Positions 19,584 through 28,241 of a stretch of 64,000 bases of DNA are shown here, piece by piece. Position 1 is the first letter of the stretch; each line of letters begins with the position of its first letter. The stretch covers positions 1 through 64,000 of the forward strand of contig JAVKIH010000014.1 in the NCBI GenBank assembly GCA_031459625.1, written 5' to 3'. The notes beneath the pieces were generated by a model, which saw only the letters and a list, made by a program, of their open reading frames with translations, was not told the DNA's origin and searched no databases. This stretch comes from Candidatus Geohabitans tengchongensis. Lineage in GTDB: Bacteria; Sysuimicrobiota; Sysuimicrobiia; Sysuimicrobiales; Humicultoraceae. Made by a program: the position numbers and the translations under genes.

Positions 19584-20624
19584 CTACGTCCCCTCCTCTT
19601 CCAGCACGCGGGCCAGCGTCTCCACGATGCGCGGGTCCCACTGCCGGCCCGCCCCGCCCAGCAGCGCGTCCCAGGCCTCCCGAGGCCCCAGCGGCGCCCG
19701 GTGCGGACGCGGCGAGGTGAGCGCGTCGAAGGCGTCGGCCACCGCGACGATCCGCCCCTCCACCGGGATCTCCTCCCCGCGCAGGCCGCGCGGGTAGCCC
19801 AGCCCGTCCCACCGCTCGTGGTGCGTGAGGGCGATCGTCTCCGCCGTGATGAGCAACGGCGAAGAGCTGCCCGACAGGATGCGCGCCCCGATGGTCGTGT
19901 GCAGCTTCATCAGCTCCATCTCGTCGGGGGTGAGGGGCCCCGGTTTCAGCAGGATGCTGTCGGGGATCCCGATCTTGCCGATGTCGTGGAGCTGGGCGGC
20001 GACCCCGATGATGGCCGCCCGGCCCTCCCCCAGCCCCAGCGCCCGGGCCAGGCGCTCCGCGGTGCGGCCCACCCGGCGGGCGTGCTGGCCGGTTTGGTCG
20101 TCCCGGTACTCGGCCGCCAGCGCCAGTCGCTCGATGGTCTCGATCTGGGCCAGCTCCAGCGCGAGGGTCCGCTCCCGCACCTTGGCCTCCAGCCACTCGT
20201 TCGTCCGCTTCAGCGTCAGGTGGAGCCGGCGGGTCTCCAGCAGGTTGCGGATGCGCAGCGCCACCTCCGTGGGCTCGTAGGGCTTGGTCAGGAAGTCCTT
20301 GGCCCCCCGGGCCAGGGCCCGCTCCTTCACCTCCTGGGTCAGGTCGCCGGTGATCACCAGGATGGGGAGGTAGGTGTCCGGCCCCGCCCGCTGCAGCATC
20401 TCCTCCATCAGGGTGAAGCCGTCGGGCGGGGGCATGTGCAGGTCCAGCAGCACCAGGTCGGGTTGGGCCTGGGTGAAGAGCGGCAGGGCCAGGTGCGAGC
20501 TGGTGGTGCTGCGGACGTTCCGGTAGCCGTGCTGCTCCAGGATGACCTCCAGCAGGGCGACGTTGGCCGGGCTGTCGTCGACGATCAGGATGCCGGCGTC
20601 GCTCAGCTCGTGCTCCGCGCCCAT
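19584..20624 (-). CDS. Response regulator with HD-GYP output (RpfG-like c-di-GMP phosphodiesterase)
   Basis: REC (VDD, LLDLHMP, TKP) plus LHDIGKIG, HHERWDGLGYP, DAFDALT. Confidence 0.95.
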   Translation of the reverse strand: MGAEHELSDAGILIVDDSPANVALLEVILEQHGYRNVRSTTSSHLALPLFTQAQPDLVLLDLHMPPPDGFTLMEEMLQRAGPDTYLPILVITGDLTQEVKERALARGAKDFLTKPYEPTEVALRIRNLLETRRLHLTLKRTNEWLEAKVRERTLALELAQIETIERLALAAEYRDDQTGQHARRVGRTAERLARALGLGEGRAAIIGVAAQLHDIGKIGIPDSILLKPGPLTPDEMELMKLHTTIGARILSGSSSPLLITAETIALTHHERWDGLGYPRGLRGEEIPVEGRIVAVADAFDALTSPRPHRAPLGPREAWDALLGGAGRQWDPRIVETLARVLEEEGT

Positions 20625-23140
20625 GACGGCGTGCAGACCTCCGCGATCACGCGCAGAAGCCGGTCGAGGTCCACCGGCTTGGTCAGGTAGGCCCGGGCCC
20701 CCGCGGCCAGCAGCTCTTCCGCCCGCTGGCGCGTGGCGTCGGCGCTGATGACCACCACCGGGATCCCTGCCGTCTCCGGGTGCTCCCGCAAGCGGCGGAG
20801 CACCTCGCGCCCCGGCAGGTCGGGGAGGTGCAGGTCCAGGAGGATGAGGTCTGGCAGGTACTGCCGGGCCAGCTCCACCCCCAGCTCCCCGGTGCCCGCG
20901 GTGAGGAGGCGGACGCGCCGCTGCGGGGCGAGCAGGCGCTGGACGAGTTCGAGGTTCGAGAGGTTGTCCTCGATGTAGAGCAGCGCGACCGCCCGGTACC
21001 ATTCGGTCACCTCCGGAGCGGCGCGCGGCTCCGCCCGCTCCCGCCGCCGCCCCAGGCGCTCGGCGGGAGCCGGCACCAGCGGGAGCTCCACCCAGAAGGT
21101 GGAGCCGCGGCCCACCTCGCTCTCCACCCCGATGCGCCCGCCCATGAGCTCGACGAGCCCGCGGGAGAGGGCCAGCCCCAGCCCCATCCCCTCCACGTGC
21201 TGCTGGTCCACGCCCAGGCGCTCGAAGGCCTTGAAGAGGTCGGCCTGCCGCTCGCGGGGGATGCCGGGGCCGGTGTCCCGGACCTCGATGCGGAGCCGGT
21301 CCACGGCGACGGGGTACCAGGCCAGGGTGAGGTCGCCCGCCGGGCGGTTGTACTTCACCCCGTTGGAGAGGAGGTTCAGCAGCACCTGGCGCAGCCGTTG
21401 CCGGTCCCCCAGGACGTGCAGGGTGCGGTCGGCCGGCGCGTCGACGGCCAGGCGGACCTGCCGCTCCCGGGCCGCGGGGGCGATCAGGTCCACGCACTCC
21501 TGCGCCACCTCCGCCACGGGGACGGGCTCCCGGGAGATGGCGAGTCGCCCGGCCTCGATGCGGGTGACGTCCAGGATCTCGGTGATCAGGTCGAGCAGGT
21601 GACGCCCTGCCTGGAGGATGTGGTCGACCGCTTCCTGCTGCTCGGGGGAGAGCGGCTCGCGCCGGAGGAGCTGGGCGAACCCCAGCATGGCGTTGAGCGG
21701 AGTGCGCAGCTCGTGGCTCATCCGGGAGAGGAACTCGCTCTTCGCCAGGCTGGCGCGCTCGGCCACGCGCTTCGACTCGTCCAGCTCCTGCTCGCGCGCC
21801 TGCAGGGCGCGGTTCGCCGCCTCGAGCTGGCGGGTCCGGTCGGCCACGCGGGCTTCCAGCTCGGCGTAGAGTCGCTGCAGCTCCTCCTCGGCCCGCCGCC
21901 GCTCCGTGACGTCCTCGGCCACCCGGACGAAGCCGGTCACCCCGCCGGCGGCGTCGCGAATCGGCGCCGCGGTCACGCGCTCCCAGTACGGCTCCCCGCT
22001 GCGCCGGCGTGCCAGCACCTCGCCGCGCCACGTGCCGCCGGCGGCAAGCGTGCGGCGGATCGCCTCCAGGGCGCTCGGGGGCAGCACCCACAGGCGGCCG
22101 GCGTCACGCCCCTGCACCTCGTCGGGGCGGTAGCCGGTGACCTCCGTGAAGCGGGGGTTCACGTACTCGATGCGGTCGTCGCGGTCGGTGATGACGACGA
22201 CGGTGGGGCTCTGCTCCACCGCCTGGGAGAGGGTCCGCAACTGCGCCTCGGCGCGGACGCGCTCGGTGACGTCCAGGGCGGCGACGAGGCGGGCCGGTCG
22301 GCTGGCGAACGTCACCTCGTGCACCGTCACCTCCGCCTCCACCGGCGACCCGTCGCAACGCGGCAGCCGGAAGCACCCCACCGGCCGGCCGGGCTCCGGC
22401 ACCGGCGACCGGTGCACCCGCTCCACCGCCTCCGGCGGCCAGAGCGCGTGGAGCGGCGTCCCCAGGATCGCCTCGCGCGCATACCCGTACTGCGCCAGCG
22501 CGGCGTCGTTCACGGCGAGCAGCTGGAGGGTCTCCGCGTCGAAGACCCACATGGGCAGGGGGTGCCCCTCGAAGAGACCGCGGTACTGCTGCTCGGAGCG
22601 GCGCACCTCCGCCTGGGCGCGCTCGGCGCGGCGGGCGGCGGCGCCGACCAGGCGGATGGCCACCGCCACGCCCAGCCCGGCCAGCAGGGCCACCCCGTGC
22701 ACGTGGGGCAGGAGGACGGGGACGAGGCCCGATGCCACCGCCACCTGCCCCGCGACCAGCCACAGCACCGTCCAGGCGATCGACGGCCAGACGGCGCGGC
22801 TCCCTTCGAGCGCGATGTTCTCCGTGGCCGCGTAGAGGTAGGCGAAGGCGAGGGTGGGTCCCCACCCGGTGGCGTAGATGACCATGGTGGCAGCGAGGGT
22901 CTGGATGGCGATCCGTGCGTGGAGGCGTCCGGTGGAGGGACGGGCGTCGGACCAGAGCCGCCCGAGCAGCGAGGCGACGGTGGCGGCCGCCAGCAGCGCC
23001 AGCAGCGGGCCGGGCGGGATAGCGAGCCAGCCCAGGTGCGCGGTGAGGGCCAGAGCGCCCGCCATGAGCAGCAGGTAGGGGACCCTGCGGCGGACCAGGC
23101 GCAGGAAGGCTCCGGCCAGCGAACTCTGCGGTCCCGGCAC
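20603..23140 (-). CDS. Hybrid sensor histidine kinase (multi-TM, 2x PAS, HisKA, HATPase, REC)
   Basis: MSHELRTPL, NLLSNGVKY, DTGPGI, GLGLALS, C-terminal REC; GTG start after a GGGGGAG RBS. Confidence 0.95.
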   Translation of the reverse strand: MPGPQSSLAGAFLRLVRRRVPYLLLMAGALALTAHLGWLAIPPGPLLALLAAATVASLLGRLWSDARPSTGRLHARIAIQTLAATMVIYATGWGPTLAFAYLYAATENIALEGSRAVWPSIAWTVLWLVAGQVAVASGLVPVLLPHVHGVALLAGLGVAVAIRLVGAAARRAERAQAEVRRSEQQYRGLFEGHPLPMWVFDAETLQLLAVNDAALAQYGYAREAILGTPLHALWPPEAVERVHRSPVPEPGRPVGCFRLPRCDGSPVEAEVTVHEVTFASRPARLVAALDVTERVRAEAQLRTLSQAVEQSPTVVVITDRDDRIEYVNPRFTEVTGYRPDEVQGRDAGRLWVLPPSALEAIRRTLAAGGTWRGEVLARRRSGEPYWERVTAAPIRDAAGGVTGFVRVAEDVTERRRAEEELQRLYAELEARVADRTRQLEAANRALQAREQELDESKRVAERASLAKSEFLSRMSHELRTPLNAMLGFAQLLRREPLSPEQQEAVDHILQAGRHLLDLITEILDVTRIEAGRLAISREPVPVAEVAQECVDLIAPAARERQVRLAVDAPADRTLHVLGDRQRLRQVLLNLLSNGVKYNRPAGDLTLAWYPVAVDRLRIEVRDTGPGIPRERQADLFKAFERLGVDQQHVEGMGLGLALSRGLVELMGGRIGVESEVGRGSTFWVELPLVPAPAERLGRRRERAEPRAAPEVTEWYRAVALLYIEDNLSNLELVQRLLAPQRRVRLLTAGTGELGVELARQYLPDLILLDLHLPDLPGREVLRRLREHPETAGIPVVVISADATRQRAEELLAAGARAYLTKPVDLDRLLRVIAEVCTPSWARSTS

Positions 23141-23289
23141 GGCTCTCCCCCTCAGAGCACCGGCTGACCCTGACGCCTCAGCGGGGCAAACGGTCGGCCC
23201 GACCAAGTGTTCATGCCCACCTGTCTACCGGGTCTAGACTTCCGGGGGCCGGCAGAGCAGGTGGGCGGGATGGATGCCGGAGGCGTCGC

Positions 23290-25083
23290 TTACGGCACGG
23301 TTGGTGACGGGCGCAGCGTGTCGTCGGGCGCGGGCGGGATGCGCAGGTACCACAGCGCTCTGACGGCGATGTCGCGGAAAACCGGGGCCGCCACCGCGCC
23401 ACCGTAGTACGTGCCCCGGGGCTCGTCGAGGAGGACGAGCGCCGCCAGGCGCGGGTGCGGCACCGGGGCGAAGCCCAGGAAGGAAGCGACGTAACGCCCC
23501 GGCAGGTAGCCACCTCCGGGGGCTGGCTTTTGCGCCGTGCCGGTCTTCCCCGCCACGGTGTAGCCGGGGATGGCCGCCTGCCTCCCGGTGCCGTCCTCGA
23601 CCGCCCGCACCAGCATGCGCATCAGCGTGCGCGCCACCTCCGGCCGCACCACCTGCCTGACGGCCGTCGGACCCGCCGCCTCCACCACGCGCCCCTCCCG
23701 GTCCCGCACCATGCGGACGACGTAGGGACGCAGCACGACGCCGTCATTGGCGATGGCCGAGAGCCCGACCAGCAGCTGCAGGGGGGTCGCTGAAATGCCC
23801 TGGCCGAAGGCGATGGTCTCCAGGCCGGGTCCGCGCCACTCCTCCGGCGGCCGCACGATCCCCGCACCCTCGCCGGGCAGGTCGATGCCGGTTGGAGCTC
23901 CGAAACCGAACCGCCGGATATAGGTGTGCAGCACCGGCCGGCCGAGGCGCCGGGCGACCTGCGCGATGCCGACGTTGCTGCTGTGGCGGATGATGTCGTC
24001 GAGGGTCTGGGTCGTCCGGCAGGAGCGGTGGGCGTCCCGGATGTGGTGGCGCCCCACCTGGAGGAACGGCGGGCAGCCGAAGCGGTCCTGCAGCTGCACA
24101 CGGCCCGTGTCGAGGGCCGCCGCCGCCGTGACCAGCTTGAAGGTCGAGCCCGGCTCCAGCACCTCGCTGATGGGGCGGTTGTACCAGCGCTCCGGGGAGA
24201 CCCGGTCGAAGCGCGCCGGATCGAAGGCTGGGCGCGCGGCCATGGCCAGCACCTCGCCCGTCCGCGGGTCCATCACCAGCGCCATGGCCCGCCGGGCGCC
24301 CGTCGTGGCGAGGGCGCGGTCGAGGGCGGCCTCGACCACGTGCTGGATGACCTGGTCCAGCGTGAGCACGAGGTCCCGACCGTCCTCGCGCACCGCGTCG
24401 AGGCGCTCCGTGCCCGCCAGCGGCCGCCCGACGGCGTCGCGGCCCACCACGGCGCGCCCCTCGCGCCCCCGCAGGACCCGGTCGTACTGCAGTTCCACCC
24501 CGGCCAGCCCCTGGTTGTCGATGCCGACGAACCCCAGGACGTGGGCGGCCAGCGGACCGTTGGGGTAGCGGCGCTGCTCCTCAACGAGGAAGCCCAACTC
24601 CTCCTCCAGCCCCAGCGCACGCAGCCGCTGCACCGTCTCCGCGGGGACCTTTCGCTTCAGCCAGACGAAGGACAGGTCGGGGTCGAGGCGGCGGAGGATC
24701 TCGGCCGCCGGCACGCCGAGGACGGGCGCCACGCGGGCGGCGAACGCCCGCGGCCGGCGGATCGCCCGCGGCACGGCATAGACGGACTCGGCCTCGACGT
24801 TCGTCGCCAACGGGCGGCCCAGCCGGTCGAAGATCCGGCCCCGGCTGGGGGGCAGCACGAGCGCCCCCAGGTACTGGTCGAGGGCGAGGCGGCGCAGGCG
24901 GCCGGCCTCGACGACCTGCAGGTCGACCAGGCGGGCGGCCAGGCCGGCCAGGGCCAGCCAGGCCAGGCAGAGCGCGACGCCGGCCCGCCGGCGCACGCGC
25001 GCCTGCAGGTCGGCCTCGGGCGGCCTGGGGGTGGCTCGGGAGGATGCGGCGAGGCGGAGGGACCGGATGCTCCGGCCGGTCAC
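23290..25083 (-). CDS. ftsI: Class B penicillin-binding protein FtsI/SpoVD-like
   Basis: RG.I.DR, EPGSTFK, SSN, KTGTAQK; follows ftsL. Confidence 0.93.
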   Translation of the reverse strand: MTGRSIRSLRLAASSRATPRPPEADLQARVRRRAGVALCLAWLALAGLAARLVDLQVVEAGRLRRLALDQYLGALVLPPSRGRIFDRLGRPLATNVEAESVYAVPRAIRRPRAFAARVAPVLGVPAAEILRRLDPDLSFVWLKRKVPAETVQRLRALGLEEELGFLVEEQRRYPNGPLAAHVLGFVGIDNQGLAGVELQYDRVLRGREGRAVVGRDAVGRPLAGTERLDAVREDGRDLVLTLDQVIQHVVEAALDRALATTGARRAMALVMDPRTGEVLAMAARPAFDPARFDRVSPERWYNRPISEVLEPGSTFKLVTAAAALDTGRVQLQDRFGCPPFLQVGRHHIRDAHRSCRTTQTLDDIIRHSSNVGIAQVARRLGRPVLHTYIRRFGFGAPTGIDLPGEGAGIVRPPEEWRGPGLETIAFGQGISATPLQLLVGLSAIANDGVVLRPYVVRMVRDREGRVVEAAGPTAVRQVVRPEVARTLMRMLVRAVEDGTGRQAAIPGYTVAGKTGTAQKPAPGGGYLPGRYVASFLGFAPVPHPRLAALVLLDEPRGTYYGGAVAAPVFRDIAVRALWYLRIPPAPDDTLRPSPTVP

Positions 25084-25547
25084 CTGCGGCGCTCGTGCGC
25101 CTGCGCCTCACCCCACCCTAACCAGCCCGCCACCCGCTCCTGCCAGGAGCGGGCGGCGGGTGGCTGCGGGGCGGCGGCCATGGCCGGAGGGATGGTGATG
25201 GCGGCGAGCTGGCGCTGGCGGGGCGGCACCATGCCGAGCTCGGAGGTGGCGATGCGCTCGACCCGCTGCGGCGACCGAAGGGTGGAGACGGTGGTGTGGA
25301 GGCGCGCGTGCTCACGTTGCAGGGCGGTGAGCTCGCGCTGGAGCCGAAGGATGGTGTAGCCGGTCTTCGCCGCTTCCGTCCGTTGCCAGACGTAGCCGAG
25401 CGCGGGAGCGATCGCCAGGGCCGCCACCACCATCGCTGCGGCCATCGGGGACCGCCGGACCCGGCGGCGCGGGAGGGGGCGCTCCCGCGACCGCCGGGCC
25501 GGCAGGACCACTGGCGGAGAGGGCGGACGGCGGTCGAGCGCGATCAT
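25080..25547 (-). CDS. ftsL: Cell division protein FtsL
   Basis: TM plus coiled coil, L.SP.RVE.IA..ELGM; between rsmH and ftsI. Confidence 0.88.
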   Translation of the reverse strand: MIALDRRPPSPPVVLPARRSRERPLPRRRVRRSPMAAAMVVAALAIAPALGYVWQRTEAAKTGYTILRLQRELTALQREHARLHTTVSTLRSPQRVERIATSELGMVPPRQRQLAAITIPPAMAAAPQPPAARSWQERVAGWLGWGEAQAHERRR

Positions 25548-25690
25548 CTCAGGGAGCCACTCCCCGAGGCGGTCGACCGCCCAGGGCACACGCAGGAGCG
25601 GCCGGCACCCGGCTGCCGGAGGTGCTCAGGTCTCAGGTGCGACGGGAGGGTGGGATCGGTGGTGTAGAGACCGGGCACCGGCCTGCTCCT

Positions 25691-26647
25691 CTAACCTTGC
25701 TCGTCGACCATGCTGGCGACCCGCTCCACGGCGCGCAGCCTGGCGCTCCGGGCGCGGGGGTTGCGTCGGATCTCTTCGGCCGAGGGCCGGATGGGGCGCC
25801 GGGTGAGGAGGCGCACCAGCGGACGCTCAGGGACGGCCACACCGGCACGGGCGGAGGACCGGGGTCCGGAGGGGTACCCACGGGAGAGGCGCAGGAAGGT
25901 GTGTTTGACGATGCGGTCTTCCAGGGAGTGGAAGGTGATGACGCAGAGTCGCCCTCCGTCCCCCAGGCCCTCCACCACGTCCGGCAAGGCTTGCTCCAGC
26001 GTTTCCAGCTCGCGGTTCACGGCGATGCGCAGCGCCTGAAAGGTCCGGGTCGCCGGGTGGATGCCACGCGGCCACCGGTGGCGCGGGATGGCCCGCTCGA
26101 CCACCCTGGCGAGCTCCGTCGTCGTCCGCAGCGGCCGGGCGCGCACGATGGCCCGGGCGATGCGCCGCGCGTAGCGCTCTTCCCCGTAGGTGGTCAGGAT
26201 CTCCCGCAACACGTCCTCCTGCAACCGGTTCACCAGGTCGGCCGCCGTGGTGCGCTGCGACCGATCCATCCGCATGTCCAGCGGCCCCTCCACCTGGAAG
26301 GAGAACCCGCGCTCGGGGCGGCTGAGCTGCAGCGACGAGACCCCCAGGTCCATCACCACCCCGTCCACGGCGGTGACGCCCTCCGCCCGCAGCACCTCAC
26401 GGAAGCGGGCGAAGTCGGCGTGCACCAGGCGCACGGCCTCACCAAACCGGGCCAGGCGCGCCTGCGCCAGCGCCAGCGCCTCCGCGTCGCGGTCGATCCC
26501 GATCAATCGGCCGGTCGGGCCGATGCGCTCCAGGATCGCCTCCGCGTGGCCCCCGAGGCCGACCGTCGCGTCGACGTAGACGCCGCCCGGACGCGGCCGC
26601 AGCAGGGCCAGCACCTCGTCCAGCAGGACCGGGACGTGCTCGTCCAT
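25691..26647 (-). CDS. rsmH: 16S rRNA m4C1402 methyltransferase
   Basis: HVPVLL, DAT.G.GGH, DLGVSS.QL, FQALRIAVN, FHSLEDRIVK. Confidence 0.99.
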   Translation of the reverse strand: MDEHVPVLLDEVLALLRPRPGGVYVDATVGLGGHAEAILERIGPTGRLIGIDRDAEALALAQARLARFGEAVRLVHADFARFREVLRAEGVTAVDGVVMDLGVSSLQLSRPERGFSFQVEGPLDMRMDRSQRTTAADLVNRLQEDVLREILTTYGEERYARRIARAIVRARPLRTTTELARVVERAIPRHRWPRGIHPATRTFQALRIAVNRELETLEQALPDVVEGLGDGGRLCVITFHSLEDRIVKHTFLRLSRGYPSGPRSSARAGVAVPERPLVRLLTRRPIRPSAEEIRRNPRARSARLRAVERVASMVDEQG

Positions 26648-26706
26648 CGCCCGGCCCGCTCCTCCGCCTCCCTGCGCCGCCGGCCTGCGCCGCTGGCCGA
26701 CGAGGG

Positions 26707-27126
26707 TTACAGGCTGAGGTCGATCTCCTCGGCGATCTCAGCGGCGCGCCGCTGGAGGTCGTCCATGCGGCTCTTCCAGCGCTGCTCACTCCACAGCTCG
26801 AGCCGCTTGACGAGCCCCACCACCACGACCTCCTTGTCGATGCCGGCGTACTCCCGCAGCCCCTCCGGCAGGAAGATCCGCCCCTGCCGATCTACGTCCG
26901 CCTCGTGCGCGGAGGCCAGGAGGAAGCGCTGGAAGTCCCGGCGCCGCGGAGGGAGGTCGCGCAGGAGGCTCTCGACCGCGTCCCACTCGCGCCGGGGGTA
27001 GACCCAGAGGCACCCGTCGAACCCCCGGGTGACGACGACCTGATCCCCCAGATCCCGTCGGAACTTGGGGGGAAGGACCACGCGCCCCTTGTCATCCAGG
27101 GTGTACCGGTACTCGCCCCTGAGCAT
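26707..27126 (-). CDS. mraZ: Transcriptional regulator MraZ
   Basis: Two D.KGR/D.QGR repeats; ELW. Confidence 0.98.
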   Translation of the reverse strand: MLRGEYRYTLDDKGRVVLPPKFRRDLGDQVVVTRGFDGCLWVYPRREWDAVESLLRDLPPRRRDFQRFLLASAHEADVDRQGRIFLPEGLREYAGIDKEVVVVGLVKRLELWSEQRWKSRMDDLQRRAAEIAEEIDLSL

Positions 27127-27128
27127 TT

Positions 27129-27173
27129 CCCACGGATCCCCACGTTATGCCACTCTATTCTCCGCTCTCCCAC
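27129..27173 (-). promoter_or_regulatory. MraZ-binding GTGG(G) repeats overlapping a possible -10 (TAGAGT)
   Basis: Plus-strand CCAC at 27130, 27140, 27150 and 27170 (10-bp phase) just upstream of mraZ. Confidence 0.8.
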
Positions 27174-27361
27174 AAAGTCCTCCGCCGAGCGCGGAAAAAC
27201 CGCGGCAGATCGCGCAAATTGCCCTGCTCGCTGCCGGAGACATCTAGATGATGTGGTCCTCGCCAGCGTTAGGGGCGAGATCTGGCATCCGCCGTTCGCC
27301 TTGGATCTGAACGTCCTCGAGGTCGGAGTGGTATGGCAAGGGAAGGGTGAGCGACGGCAAG

Positions 27362-27440
27362 GAGCCACTGGAACGCAAGGGCCGCTGGCAGCCCAAGAGG
27401 CCGCTTGAGGCTGGAGGCCGCTGGCGAGGCAAGAGGGCCG
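27362..27440. repeat. Degenerate GCCGCTGG-N-CAAG repeat array
   Basis: Cores at 27364, 27381, 27400, 27417 and weakly 27437; spacing 17/19/17/20. Confidence 0.55.
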
Positions 27441-27462
27441 AGACCGAGGACCGACGATCGGT

Positions 27463-28206
27463 TCAGCCGACTCCCGCACCCACCAGCGGCGACTCCACTA
27501 CCAGGATCCCTCCGTCCTCCAGGACCTCGACGATGTAGGCCGTAGGTGAGCGGAGCAAGGCCACCGCCTGCGCCCCGTCGGCACGAGCCGGCCCGGTGAC
27601 GTGAGCCCACACCCCCTCTCCCTGTCCCTCCCGCGCCGTCTCCACCACGATGCCCGACGGGCGCAGGAGCGCGTAGAGACGACGGAGCAAGGAGAGGAGG
27701 TCGGGCAGCGGATCGGGGTCCACCGGGACGCGGAGCGTGACCGAGAGCCGCTCCTCTGACCTCTGCCCGGATGCGCCTTCGCTCGTCCAGGACCCCGGAG
27801 CGACTCTCGCCTGGCGCCCGGCCAGCGGCGGGCGCTCCCGCCGAGCATCAGATCGACGGCCTACACCTGTCGTCGGATGTGACCGATCCACCTCCGCGTC
27901 CCGACCTGCCCCCGCTCTCCCCCGGTCCTGACCTGCCTCTCCGCCTCCTGCGTCCCGGCCTGCCATGACGGGCTGCTTGCCCGACGCGTCCCTGGCGCCG
28001 GCCCCAGGAAATCCTGGTATGCGAAGAAGTGCAGGCATGTTCAGGACAGCCCGCCGGCCCCCGGTATTCCAGGACCGGCTGCGGAGCGTCAGCGCCAGGG
28101 CGGCCAGATGCTCCCAGTGGACCGGCCGCGAGAACTCGATCGTCATGAGAAGGTCGCGCGTGGCGACCTGTCGCTCCCCCCGCAGCGTCACCCGCACTGC
28201 CTCCAC
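27463..28206 (-). CDS. Hypothetical protein
   Basis: 247-aa ORF co-oriented 35 nt after the TPR/HTH gene; globular-looking ends around a G/R-rich middle. Confidence 0.55.
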   Translation of the reverse strand: MEAVRVTLRGERQVATRDLLMTIEFSRPVHWEHLAALALTLRSRSWNTGGRRAVLNMPALLRIPGFPGAGARDASGKQPVMAGRDAGGGEAGQDRGRAGAGRDAEVDRSHPTTGVGRRSDARRERPPLAGRQARVAPGSWTSEGASGQRSEERLSVTLRVPVDPDPLPDLLSLLRRLYALLRPSGIVVETAREGQGEGVWAHVTGPARADGAQAVALLRSPTAYIVEVLEDGGILVVESPLVGAGVG

Positions 28207-28241
28207 CGGCGGTGTTCAGTGGCAGGTATAGCGGAGGCCTC

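Noticed and set aside
27463..27620. Immunity-protein-like C-terminus (VEVLEDGGILVV) in the 247-aa hypothetical
   Set aside because: The resemblance is too short and there is no adjacent toxin gene; it needs a profile search.
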